A DNA stretch of 64,000 nucleotides from a virus. The notes beneath the pieces are model-generated. The model was not told where the DNA came from. It ran no database searches and saw only the letters and a program-made list of their open reading frames with translations. Of this stretch, positions 18,615 to 28,018 are shown piece after piece; positions within the stretch are counted from its first letter, which is position 1; every line of letters starts with the position of its first letter. Made by a program: the position numbers and the translations under genes. The stretch covers positions 1 to 64,000 of IMG/VR virus record IMGVR_UViG_3300028025_003904. One strand, given 5' to 3'.

Positions 18615-19547
18615 TTATCTAATTAAACTTACTATTTGAATAATGCCCGCTATGAACGGAATTTCTTTATCTACTACTAATGCATCCCTTTGTTGGGAGT
18701 CTGATAATGCTAGGATTACACCTGATTTATTATCTTTACCATATTCATCTACCTTTTCATATAGATAAGTGTATAGTTCCGAAAACTCTGTAATCTTATT
18801 GTTTGCAATAATCTGTCTAATTTCCATCCACATATTGCGTTTCTCACTTCCATTTTTTAAGATGTCTAAAATCTTTATCTTAAAATCATTTTGTAAAGCA
18901 GTTTGTGTATCTACTTTAAGAGTTCCATTAGAACACTGCAACTGAATAGTATTAAGCACCCTACGAATATCCGGATAAAAAGCACTAATAATATCCGCAA
19001 CATCTTTAATATCATATTTAATGCCCTCCTTATTTAATATGTTTGTCACGTGAACCGCTACATCTTTTTTTGATGGTGGAGTTACTGCAAATGTTTGACA
19101 GCGTGATAAAATTGGTTCAATAATTTTTTCGTGATAATTACAGGTTAGGATAAATCTAGTGTGAGTACTAAATGTTTCCATTAAGTTACGAAGAATTGCT
19201 TGTGCGTTTGCTGTCATATAATCAAACTCATCCAATATAATGATTTTGTATCCTTTAAATCCAGCACCACTTGCAAAGTTCTTCACTTTGTTACGGACAG
19301 TTTCTACGTTGTTCTCATCGGATGCGTTGATAATCATCAAATCACATTCAATCGTATTCGCTATAATTTTAGCTAATGTAGTTTTACCCGTACCCGCTTT
19401 ACCATATAGTAATAGATGTGGTACATCGCCAGTATCTAAATACCCTTGTACTTTTTCTTTTAGTAAATCGTTTCCGATATACTCACTTAATTTTTGTGGT
19501 CTGTATTTTTCAACCCACAACGTATTTTCTCTTTTATTTCCAAACAT
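18615..19547 (-). CDS. Clamp-loader large subunit (RFC / T4 gp44-like AAA+)
   Basis: WVEKYRP, GKAGTGKT, ILDEFD, SRC; likely start MFGNKRE at 19547. Confidence 0.92.
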   Translation of the reverse strand: MFGNKRENTLWVEKYRPQKLSEYIGNDLLKEKVQGYLDTGDVPHLLLYGKAGTGKTTLAKIIANTIECDLMIINASDENNVETVRNKVKNFASGAGFKGYKIIILDEFDYMTANAQAILRNLMETFSTHTRFILTCNYHEKIIEPILSRCQTFAVTPPSKKDVAVHVTNILNKEGIKYDIKDVADIISAFYPDIRRVLNTIQLQCSNGTLKVDTQTALQNDFKIKILDILKNGSEKRNMWMEIRQIIANNKITEFSELYTYLYEKVDEYGKDNKSGVILALSDSQQRDALVVDKEIPFIAGIIQIVSLIR

Positions 19548-19551
19548 TCTT

Positions 19552-21123
19552 TTAAGGTTTATAGAATACAAATATTGGTTCGTACTTATAGTAAGTCCCG
19601 TCTATCTGCATACTATTTTTAACTCCACTCAAATCAACTCCCGTCATTGGAGACATCGTCATCTTTATCTTACCCTTATATTCACATCCTAACTCTGTAA
19701 GAATATCAATGCTATCTTGCTCCAATGTCCACCACTTATCTTTACCCACTTTAATATCCGCAATGTTCCAACAAATGTATCTATCATTTCGTAGGTACTC
19801 ATACGCGGTTGTTAGTGTAGGTCTTAAAAATCCATCTCTCCAACTTTCATAGTTGTTGAACTTCTTAAATGATTGTGAATCATCATCCGAATATCTTTCT
19901 CTATCAAAGTATGGTGGTGATGTGAATACAAAATCCAACTTACCCTTATACTTTTGGAATCTTTCTTCTTCTGCAATAATCTCTGAACCAGTTGTAAATA
20001 GTTCATATGTATTACGATGACCCCAAAATAGATTAGCCGCACCTGGCACTTTGTTATTAAAGAACTCTGCTAAATACTCATATCTAGTTTTACCAATCTC
20101 ATCCAAATAGTTTTCAGTATTCGGGTCATTACCAATGTAGTGGATATTTCTATCATCTACACTCATTGCTCCCAATATCCTACCACCCCATCCCGCAGAT
20201 GGGTCATAGATGTTAATTATATCCTGGTCTTTGATGTGTTGAGTAAATTTCTGATATAAGAATTTAGCAGTTAGTGGTGGAAAATTCACTACTGCCTGTG
20301 TTCCCATTCCAATACGGAATGCAGCCGTTGCCTCTGGAAAGATTGTTTGACCTAACGGATATATTTTAATCTGTATAGGTTGCTTTGGGAGGTCTGTTAG
20401 ATTATCTATATTATCTCCCCAATCCGCAGTTTTTAGTGATGAGATATTTTCATATCTCAATTTTCCTTCTCTCCACAATTCTTTAATCTCCTCTGCCGTA
20501 ATTTCCGGTGAGGGTACTTTACTATCAGCTTGGGATAAACAAAAATCATGTCCTGCTAATGTATCACCTGCTGCCCATTTTTCAATCCACTCTTTACCGC
20601 TTTGGATATGTGAATTGTGATAATTTGAGTTATCTAAATGAACAGTTTTGGTAAAACGATACATACCATCTTGACGAGTTAATCTTCTCATTTGTTTAAT
20701 AAACTCTTGAAGATAATCATCATTTACGAATACATCATAAATAGATGGTTTTGGTTTATCATATGCAGAACCACCAATACCAGTTTTATACATTGCCGGA
20801 AAGAACTGATTTACAGGTGTTGCAAACTTATTAAAGTTAAAGATTACATCATCACCTAAATCATCCTTTTCTGCAAACTCATGCACTTTGAATGCTTGTA
20901 GTTTCGAAAAGTTCTCAATGATTGATGCTTCATCCATACCAATTCTAGGTGGTGCATCTGTTTTATCCCACTGCTCTATGGCAGTTTTACGAAAGTAATC
21001 AACCCACTTGCCGAAGTCTGTAAAGGACATCTTCAATACATCCTCATATTTGAGGTTTATATCTTCTCGGTAAATCCAGCCATTTCTTTCGTAAAAATAC
21101 TTTTTTGGATAATCAAACGCCAT
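19552..21123 (-). CDS. DNA amino-methyltransferase (N4-C/N6-A)
   Basis: DPSAGWGGR (SAM binding) followed by FTSPPYF. Confidence 0.85.
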   Translation of the reverse strand: MAFDYPKKYFYERNGWIYREDINLKYEDVLKMSFTDFGKWVDYFRKTAIEQWDKTDAPPRIGMDEASIIENFSKLQAFKVHEFAEKDDLGDDVIFNFNKFATPVNQFFPAMYKTGIGGSAYDKPKPSIYDVFVNDDYLQEFIKQMRRLTRQDGMYRFTKTVHLDNSNYHNSHIQSGKEWIEKWAAGDTLAGHDFCLSQADSKVPSPEITAEEIKELWREGKLRYENISSLKTADWGDNIDNLTDLPKQPIQIKIYPLGQTIFPEATAAFRIGMGTQAVVNFPPLTAKFLYQKFTQHIKDQDIINIYDPSAGWGGRILGAMSVDDRNIHYIGNDPNTENYLDEIGKTRYEYLAEFFNNKVPGAANLFWGHRNTYELFTTGSEIIAEEERFQKYKGKLDFVFTSPPYFDRERYSDDDSQSFKKFNNYESWRDGFLRPTLTTAYEYLRNDRYICWNIADIKVGKDKWWTLEQDSIDILTELGCEYKGKIKMTMSPMTGVDLSGVKNSMQIDGTYYKYEPIFVFYKP

Positions 21124-21133
21124 AGTAATTGGT

Positions 21134-21853
21134 TTATGCTGATAATTGAACTTCTACTAAATAATACTTTGATGTGTAATCATCAATCTTAAATCCGATG
21201 TGTGCTAATCCTTGTGTTGAGATTTGTAAAGTTGCCGATGTAGCATCCTTATTTGCAACCAAAATCTCTTTTAAGTATTTAGCAGAGAATGAAATTGGAT
21301 TTACTGAATTAGTATAACCTTCTTGTGCTTTGTATGTAATACGATTAGAATTTACATTCGAATAACCAATTACCAAATTCAAATCACCATTTTCAGTTAA
21401 GACAGTAAATGTATCTACATCACTTAACGCATTTTTACCTTTGATAAATCGGTCAATAAACTTACCATCTAAATCAATTTGAATATCAAATGGAGGTAAT
21501 TGCTTCAAATCAGGCACCGCAGGGATTACTGATAAATCAGCTAATTGGTAGCTTGCTTTTGTACCATCACTTACCAAACTCAAAGCAATTGCTTTATCTT
21601 CTACTTTACCAACTTGCAAATCAATATCATCACCCAATACAGATAATAATTTTGATAAATTTGATGTGGTATAGATACCCAATTCCGCTGCTTCAAAGTT
21701 AAAGTTTTCCAACTCCAATTCACCTAATACCGTCTTATCATCGGAGATAAACTTTGTAGTTAGTTTTGTACCATCGGCTTTCCAAGTTACCGATTCAATC
21801 AACCCCGCCAAGTTGTATTTTTGAATAAAGCGGTTTAATCTAATTTTGTTCAT
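21134..21853 (-). CDS. Sliding clamp (T4 gp45/PCNA-like)
   Basis: 239 aa beta-rich protein between polymerase and clamp loader; GIY..S.L and FSAKYLKEIL. Confidence 0.8.
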   Translation of the reverse strand: MNKIRLNRFIQKYNLAGLIESVTWKADGTKLTTKFISDDKTVLGELELENFNFEAAELGIYTTSNLSKLLSVLGDDIDLQVGKVEDKAIALSLVSDGTKASYQLADLSVIPAVPDLKQLPPFDIQIDLDGKFIDRFIKGKNALSDVDTFTVLTENGDLNLVIGYSNVNSNRITYKAQEGYTNSVNPISFSAKYLKEILVANKDATSATLQISTQGLAHIGFKIDDYTSKYYLVEVQLSA

Positions 21854-21869
21854 AATTTATTGTTTTAAT

Positions 21870-21911
21870 TTTTACAAAGATACGAAAATTTAATTTAGAA
21901 ACCAAAAAATT
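21870..21911 (-). promoter_or_regulatory. Bacteroidota-type promoter overlapping the polB 3' end; 41/42-bp copy at 24461-24502
   Basis: TTTG...TATCTTTG; direct repeat seen by eye. Confidence 0.75.
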
Positions 21912-24423
21912 GTGAGAGTTTTTTTTGTGCATGATTTACTTTCTCCCACTTCAATGCTTTATAGAAATCATCCATTTTGTTTTCCAACTCTGCTTCAAAT
22001 ATTCTATCAACATCTATATATTGTTTAACGAAATCCATAATAACATCCGGGTCATTGTAGTTCTTAAATGCTACCGTATCTAACCCAAATGGATTTTGTT
22101 TTAGATACACCCACTTCACCTTATCACCATCTCTAATTGGCTCATACATAAAAGGACAATTGTAGTGTTTGAGTAATCGGTTGTATGTGATTGCCGCTTT
22201 AACGTGTGCAGGTGTTCCTTTTTCAAATGCACCTATTCGTTTATCCAAAGTTTTAGTATCATACTTACTAATCTCTTTTACTGCTCCACCTTTTGCTATA
22301 ACTGATACATCCAATCCCGATAAGCTCAATTTAAACTCTCTCAATTCTTTATCAACATCTTCATTCGTTTTACCCGTAAGAATATCACGTAGAATACCAC
22401 TCATAAAGTCTTGAAATGCCTTTGGGAATGATGAACGAACTACATCTAATCCTTTTACATCTAGCTTATCACAAGGAATACCATTTTTTAAAATCATCCA
22501 TTGTGCGTATCGTTTCTTTGCTACCCAAAAACCTGCTTTTGAAATGTATTCCTTTTTAATTTCAAATCTGTGTTTATCTTTTGATATAAAGAAGAATCTT
22601 TCAGCTAATATATCATAGAACTTATTAAGGAATAGTTGTGTTTCTTCTGCAATATCATTTACTACCGAAGCCATTCGTTTCTCATCAAATCCTTTATACT
22701 CTGGAAACCGATGTTTCACCAAAGGTTCTGCCAACATATAGATTGAGTCTGTATCTATATACACATTGTAATCTTCTTTAGTACCTAATTCCTTTTGGTA
22801 CTTAATGTTTGCCATCTCTGCCGTTTTCTTAATAACAGTTTGACCCGTAATCGTAACTGCCTCTGCATTATCAATATCGTAAAACCGAAAGGCAGGAAGA
22901 CCAAGAACACCATACATAGAGTTAAGAAGAATCTTCTGAACCAACTGCCTTTTAGCATAAAATTCATATTTCTCCGTATCACCCGCTTCACCATATTGCT
23001 TTTCTAATTTTCTAAATTCAACCCTTTGTGAAAACCATAAATCTAAAATATCTGCAATAAGTCCAGGTTTACTCTGGTCATACAGAACCCCATTGGCGGC
23101 TACACCCAATCCGTGCTCTTTAATCATTTGTTGTACTTCGTTCTTACTATAAGTTTCAGTACTTCCAGCTGATGTTACATCGTATGTTTTATCTGTACCT
23201 CTAATCCACTCTTCTGCATCCCAATTTTCAATCTTACCCATTTTTGTTTCAGGTGAGATGTTTAGGGTCATAATGATGGATGGATATAGGGATGTTAAAT
23301 CCAAGTCATAAATCCAATCATACTTACCAACGATGGGTTCTTTTACATATGCACCAATAAACTTCTCCTGATTATTATCGTTGATTTCCTGCATCCGTTC
23401 TCTTCTATCCGCAGGTTTGTTTGGTGCTACTAAATTACGATGTTTAAGATAATTCAAACAAGCTCCTTCCAAATATTTTGATGAATACACAAAATCTTCA
23501 TACGGAACGTGACCAGCGTGACAGATAGCTCTGCATAGTTCGATGAATTGTAGTTTCTTTTCTAAACCAACCACTAACTCAACGTCTACGATGTTGTAAT
23601 CAATGTATTTGTTTATATCCTCTCTGAACAAATCATCCAAATTACCTTTGTATTCTACCTTACCTTTACCCAACTCTTTGGTTGCAATGTGGTTTAGTGT
23701 ATAGGATGCTTCTAACCCATAGTTATAGGTCTTATATAAGTGTATATAATCCAATGCACTTACCCCAGCAAAACTCCAGCGATTTCTGTATGGTGAATAG
23801 AAACACTCACCAATTGGTGAAAGACGAGTTGCACTTGTTCTACCCAATACGTTTGTAATACGATTGAATAGATACGGAACGTCAAATGAGTCAATGTTCC
23901 AACCCGTAATGATTGATGGTCTGATTTCTTCGTAAATTGTTAAGAATGCTCGCAGTAACTCTCTTTCACTACTATAAGATTTAACAACTCTGTTACCAGT
24001 AATAGTATTTTTTACTTTACCAAATTCATCCAAAACCAAAGCATAATATACATCCGTTGCACTATCATGTAGTGCAATTGCAGTAATCGCGTTCTTTGCT
24101 TTTTGAGTATCTGGTAGACCTGTAATCATCTCAACCTCAATGTCAAATGTCATAATGACATGACCTACCGATGGAATATCAGATGTGTGATATAAATCTA
24201 CTAATATACGAGTTGTTTCCGGTACATCCGCCTCAAAAAGATTTGGGTCATCTTTTGTGAACTCATATGTTTTGGAAACTTTAACACCACTTAAAGTGGT
24301 TGATTCACCGAATGGGTTTCTCTCATATGCATATGGTTTGAAATCCATAACATGATAGCCCGTAGTATCGTCCCACAAATGTACTTTGTTTTTACCCTTT
24401 TGAAAAAAAATATTTTGATAAAT
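21895..24423 (-). CDS. polB: Family B DNA polymerase with 3'-5' exonuclease; probable ATT start
   Basis: FDIEV, DLTSLYPSII, KILLNSMYG, YIDTDS and KKRY motifs. Frame extends to ATT-TAT-CAA-AAT (YQNIFF) behind AAAGGAGG; in-frame TAA at 24451-24453 and no ATG in between. Confidence 0.93.
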   Translation of the reverse strand: MYQNIFFQKGKNKVHLWDDTTGYHVMDFKPYAYERNPFGESTTLSGVKVSKTYEFTKDDPNLFEADVPETTRILVDLYHTSDIPSVGHVIMTFDIEVEMITGLPDTQKAKNAITAIALHDSATDVYYALVLDEFGKVKNTITGNRVVKSYSSERELLRAFLTIYEEIRPSIITGWNIDSFDVPYLFNRITNVLGRTSATRLSPIGECFYSPYRNRWSFAGVSALDYIHLYKTYNYGLEASYTLNHIATKELGKGKVEYKGNLDDLFREDINKYIDYNIVDVELVVGLEKKLQFIELCRAICHAGHVPYEDFVYSSKYLEGACLNYLKHRNLVAPNKPADRRERMQEINDNNQEKFIGAYVKEPIVGKYDWIYDLDLTSLYPSIIMTLNISPETKMGKIENWDAEEWIRGTDKTYDVTSAGSTETYSKNEVQQMIKEHGLGVAANGVLYDQSKPGLIADILDLWFSQRVEFRKLEKQYGEAGDTEKYEFYAKRQLVQKILLNSMYGVLGLPAFRFYDIDNAEAVTITGQTVIKKTAEMANIKYQKELGTKEDYNVYIDTDSIYMLAEPLVKHRFPEYKGFDEKRMASVVNDIAEETQLFLNKFYDILAERFFFISKDKHRFEIKKEYISKAGFWVAKKRYAQWMILKNGIPCDKLDVKGLDVVRSSFPKAFQDFMSGILRDILTGKTNEDVDKELREFKLSLSGLDVSVIAKGGAVKEISKYDTKTLDKRIGAFEKGTPAHVKAAITYNRLLKHYNCPFMYEPIRDGDKVKWVYLKQNPFGLDTVAFKNYNDPDVIMDFVKQYIDVDRIFEAELENKMDDFYKALKWEKVNHAQKKLSQFFGF

Positions 24424-24506
24424 AGTAACCTCCTTTCGTTTTAATAACTTTTATTTTTACTTTTACAAAGATACGAAAATTTAATTTAGAAAACAAAAAA
24501 TTACCA

Positions 24507-25034
24507 TCATTTATTTGCTTTACGATTTGCCCACCATTTTTTCAAACCCTCACTTTTATTTAATTTGGCTTCATCTGAACGATTTGAACTTGCAAATGCT
24601 ATTCTGGCTCTGGTTTCATTTGATAAAACCCTACCTTTGTTTTTTTCACTTATTTTTTTCTTATTTTCTTCACTTCTTACAATCCCCTTTTGGCTTGGTG
24701 GTATTATACCATTTTTTTTATGTGCTTCGCTAATTCGTTTTTTATGTTCCTCTGTTCGTATCATACCAACAATACCCTCTCCCCCATCTGTTAAATTTAC
24801 CAAAGTTCCCGTATTCAAATCACGTCTACCATATAATTTGATGTAATATTTTTCTAATTCAATAGCTTCTTCTATTGATAAATTATTTTGTATTATTTCA
24901 ACTATATAATCAGTTTTTGATACAATACTATTCCAAATACGATTTCTTCCTTTTTGCCAAGCTCGCTTATTCTTACCTATACCAATATAAAATACTTCGT
25001 TTGTATCGGTTCTAATATGTTTGTAAATATACAT
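24507..25034 (-). mobile_element. Free-standing GIY-YIG homing endonuclease with NUMOD3 repeats
   Basis: YIYKH...FYIGIG, NLTDGGEG, repeated SEE.K.KIS motifs. Confidence 0.85.
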
Positions 25035-25036
25035 AA

Positions 25037-25137
25037 TAAAAAAACCTTTGGCTTTCGGGGTTGAGGTCCCTACTAACCAAAGGTTTTGTTTTCAATTTCG
25101 TTAAATATGTAGCCTCAACTCTACACATATAAATATA
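25037..25137 (-). promoter_or_regulatory. Structured leader of the endonuclease gene (terminator-like stem plus competing pairing)
   Basis: TATTTAT promoter; GTTGAGG...CCTCAAC; AACCTTTGG...CCAAAGGTT plus T-run just before ATG. Confidence 0.6.
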
Positions 25138-25151
25138 ACAAAATTTAATTT

Positions 25152-25616
25152 TTAGTACATTTTTACCAAAGTATCTGCTGCATATGTTACTGCTGCATTT
25201 GTTCCTTTGTGTCTACATTTATAACCAAGGCCTTCCACCATTCCTACTGCTTGACGGAATACTTCGTTTGATTTGAATTGTGGGTCTGGGTTTAAATCTA
25301 CATCAATATATGTTGCCTTTGGTAATCCCGCTTCTCTTAAATACTCTGCTACCTCAATAGAAGACCATACTTCATGTATCAAACGATTACCTGAATAGTT
25401 CTCTCTATTAGTGTTCCAACGAGTGAAAAGTAAGTGAGCTCCTTTGCCGGGAGTGTAAAGTGCAATTACAATTGCGTAGATTGTTTTTGTTTTAAATACT
25501 TGTGAATCACATCCAATGAGTATTTCAATACCATCGTTATTAGATAGGTATTCAGATATATATGTTACTAATTCTACTTTTTTTCTGTCAATTAATCTTC
25601 TGAATACCTTTTCCAT
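25152..25616 (-). CDS. RNase H-like YkuK (DUF458) family protein
   Basis: IGCDSQ, RLIHEVWSS, IDVDLN, YAAD. Confidence 0.85.
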   Translation of the reverse strand: MEKVFRRLIDRKKVELVTYISEYLSNNDGIEILIGCDSQVFKTKTIYAIVIALYTPGKGAHLLFTRWNTNRENYSGNRLIHEVWSSIEVAEYLREAGLPKATYIDVDLNPDPQFKSNEVFRQAVGMVEGLGYKCRHKGTNAAVTYAADTLVKMY

Positions 25617-25620
25617 ATCC

Positions 25621-26151
25621 TTACCTTATTTTAAATTTGTGTTTACTACCATCGCTTTTACTATAAATGACATATAATGGTGAAACTTCAAATTGCATCT
25701 GCATAAACTTATTTGTATATTGTTGCCACTTACCTTTCTTTAAGTAAGCAACAGTCATATGTGGGTGATACTCTGGATAATCGTTTGAATGTGGTAGTTT
25801 CTTTAAGAGTTCGTTTGCTCTTTCCAATCCTTCACCACTAGCATCAAACTTTAACACATCGTAATCAGGGTTACCATCAAATATAGATGGGTTTGTTAAT
25901 TTAATATCACCAAAAGGAACTTGGTTGATAATTTGTGATACTACACCATCTGGTACATTTGTATGTAGACCATATAGTAATGTAACGTGCGGTTCTGTTT
26001 CTAAACCATAATGACCGTTCTCATCATCATATACATCAACATCACTAATTGTACTTGTCAATATAGATTCATCAAAATCTATGTATAACATTGCACATCC
26101 ATACTGATATGGGCTTTTTTGTATTTCTTTTAATATCTTGCGTAGTTTCAT
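25621..26151 (-). CDS. 2H phosphoesterase, T4 57B/Acb1-like
   Basis: PHVTLLY and HSNDYPEYHPHMTVAY (two HxT motifs); likely start MKLRK at 26151. Confidence 0.75.
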   Translation of the reverse strand: MKLRKILKEIQKSPYQYGCAMLYIDFDESILTSTISDVDVYDDENGHYGLETEPHVTLLYGLHTNVPDGVVSQIINQVPFGDIKLTNPSIFDGNPDYDVLKFDASGEGLERANELLKKLPHSNDYPEYHPHMTVAYLKKGKWQQYTNKFMQMQFEVSPLYVIYSKSDGSKHKFKIR

Positions 26152-26168
26152 TTTGTTTGGTTTAATTG

Positions 26169-26329
26169 CTGTAATGGGAGGATTCGAACCATCCATAAGG
26201 TAATTAGGTAAAGAACAATTTTTGGCGCTTCCGGAAGCTAGGTGGTCAACCCCTTTATTATTCTTACTTTATTTATTTATCCTCGCCCCCGAGACAGGAG
26301 GGTGCGTCTGCCAATTTCGCCACATCACA
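26169..26329 (-). ncRNA. tRNA-like RNA (GTC anticodon) with ~90-nt structured variable-arm insertion
   Basis: Acceptor TGTGATG/CATTACA, D-arm GCG..CGC, anticodon arm CCCTC-CTGTCTC-GGGGG, T-loop TTCGAAT. Confidence 0.7.
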
Positions 26330-26333
26330 ATTT

Positions 26334-26528
26334 TTAAGGTCTACCGAATGTTACATTATTCTGTAACCTTATATCTTTATTATTTAATACCCAAATTTGC
26401 CCATCATCCATTCCACAAGTAAAGTATAAATCGTGCTCTTGTGAGTAATCTATACACATAAATGCGTAACCTCGCATACCATCTGATATACGAATTATAG
26501 GTATTGTTGGGTTCAATTGTATTATCAT
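26334..26528 (-). CDS. Small hypothetical protein
   Basis: 64 aa (QLNPTIP, IDYSQEHDL); upstream TATTTAT promoter inside a hairpin that covers the ATG. Confidence 0.75.
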   Translation of the reverse strand: MIIQLNPTIPIIRISDGMRGYAFMCIDYSQEHDLYFTCGMDDGQIWVLNNKDIRLQNNVTFGRP

Positions 26529-26556
26529 ACCTATAAATATAAAGTTATGATAATTG

Positions 26557-26646
26557 TAGAGAGTGAGGGGCTCGAACCCTCGCGCCGGTTTTACCCAACC
26601 TAACAGTTTAGCAAACTGCCCCCTTCACCAACTTGGGTAACTCTCT
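26557..26646 (-). tRNA. tRNA-Ser(GCT)
   Basis: AGAGAGT/ACTCTCT; GCAGT-TTGCTAA-ACTGT; long variable arm. Confidence 0.92.
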
Positions 26647-26649
26647 AAA

Positions 26650-27090
26650 TTATTTTTTTTTCTTTCTCCAAGTTGGAGTTTGTGAATGACAATTTGGACA
26701 AAGAATTTTTAAATTACTCAAATCATTATTTTTATTATTACCATCTATATGGTCAATTTCCATAGGCAATCTTTTACCAAGCCATTTTTCAATTCCACAT
26801 TCTTCACATTTATGTCCCCTATCTTCTTTTATCCACACTTTTATACTGGATATATGTGCTTTTGTATAATCTCTTTTTTGTTTAAAAGTATTTCTACTTT
26901 TTTCAATTTTACTTGGATTTGAGTTATATGAAAAATCGCATGTCTTCCACCATTCAGATTTCAACATTCCCTCACTAATTTTTCTTTTTACTGCATCCGT
27001 TCTAACTCTTGAATTGGCACACGATACTGAACAATACTTACCGCTACCATAAGAACCATCGTGCTCTTTATTACATTTTATACATTTCAT
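26650..27090 (-). mobile_element. HNH endonuclease inside the tRNA array
   Basis: CEECG...EIDHIDGN..NN..SNL.ILCPNCH; N-terminal CxxC...YCSVSCAN. Confidence 0.85.
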
Positions 27091-27149
27091 AATCGAACTA
27101 TTGATTTATTTAATATAAATATACGATATTTCGATTTTCAACATTTTAG

Positions 27150-27222
27150 TGACTCCATCAGGACTCGAACCTGAAACCTACGCATTAGAAGTGCGTTGCT
27201 CTATCCGTTGAGCTATGGAGCC
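27150..27222 (-). tRNA. tRNA-Arg(TCT)
   Basis: ACGCA-CTTCTAA-TGCGT; canonical cloverleaf. Confidence 0.93.
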
Positions 27223-27227
27223 AGATG

Positions 27228-27313
27228 AGGAGGGTGTGAGATTCGAACTCACGGTCCTGTTACAGACTCCGGTTTTCAAGACCGGTGCAATAGACCAACT
27301 CTGCCAACCCTCC
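27228..27313 (-). tRNA. tRNA-Ser(TGA)
   Basis: CCGGT-CTTGAAA-ACCGG; long variable arm. Confidence 0.93.
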
Positions 27314-27318
27314 TTTTA

Positions 27319-27660
27319 CTAAATTTGTTCTGACTTTAAAGTATCCAAAACAATTGGTGGATATTTCTTACGGATTTCCAATGAATCTTCTAATGCCCAC
27401 TTTTGTTTAAGTTTGGCACGTTTCTCCATATTTTTAAGTTGTTCTTTTTTCTTTATAATATCTTTCGATAATTTTTCTATACGAACATACTTACTTGCAT
27501 AATCCTCATCGGTTGCATCAACCCATTGGATTTTTCTTTGTAATTCTTTGATTTCAGTTTTTATAGTTTCAACCAAAGGTGCTTCATCGCTAAACTTTGG
27601 GTCAATTGAACCACCCAATGTGTTGAATAAAAGCATAATAGACATTCCTAATTCTTTCAT
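27319..27660 (-). CDS. Hypothetical coiled-coil protein
   Basis: 113 aa ORF filling the gap between tRNAs. Confidence 0.65.
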   Translation of the reverse strand: MKELGMSIMLLFNTLGGSIDPKFSDEAPLVETIKTEIKELQRKIQWVDATDEDYASKYVRIEKLSKDIIKKKEQLKNMEKRAKLKQKWALEDSLEIRKKYPPIVLDTLKSEQI

Positions 27661-27677
27661 ACTATTTTTATTTAATG

Positions 27678-27748
27678 TTACCCGAGCTGGATTCGAACCA
27701 ACCCTAACTGCACCAAAAACAGTTGTGCTACCGCTACACCATCGAGCA
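27678..27748 (-). tRNA. tRNA-Gln(TTG)
   Basis: ACTGT-TTTTGGT-GCAGT. Confidence 0.9.
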
Positions 27749-27753
27749 ATTTG

Positions 27754-27827
27754 CAGTTCGTACGGGATTCGAACCCGTGGTCTCTTCCGTGACAGGGAAG
27801 CATGTTGGGCCTCTACACCAACGAACT
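27754..27827 (-). tRNA. tRNA-Asp(GTC)
   Basis: CTTCC-CTGTCAC-GGAAG. Confidence 0.92.
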
Positions 27828-27832
27828 AAATT

Positions 27833-28016
27833 AAAACAAACTTATTGTGTCCTTCTACACATCATAACCAATTTTTATTGGTGGTTACATTTCGTATTGG
27901 GTTAATTACTCCCCACTTATAGTAACTCTCTCCTGACCTGTATGACTATTCCGGCTTCAACAGGACCATTTTGGATTTTATATACCATGGGGTTACACCA
28001 TAGTCTTCGTTTGTTT
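27833..28016 (-). ncRNA. Candidate structured ncRNA (~185 nt)
   Basis: Closing stem AAAACAAAC/GTTTGTTTT with several internal hairpins; no credible ORF. Confidence 0.5.
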
Positions 28017-28018
28017 TG

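Noticed and set aside
24403-24410. Frameshift at the T8 run near the polB start
   Set aside because: The run is in frame (ATT TTT TTT); no shift is needed.
26152-26196. N-terminal extension of the 2H phosphoesterase given by the track
   Set aside because: It overlaps the T arm and acceptor of the tRNA-like RNA; ATG at 26151 is more plausible.
26197-26285. Self-splicing intron in a tRNA-Asp
   Set aside because: The insert is in the variable region, only ~90 nt long, and shows no group I or II core.
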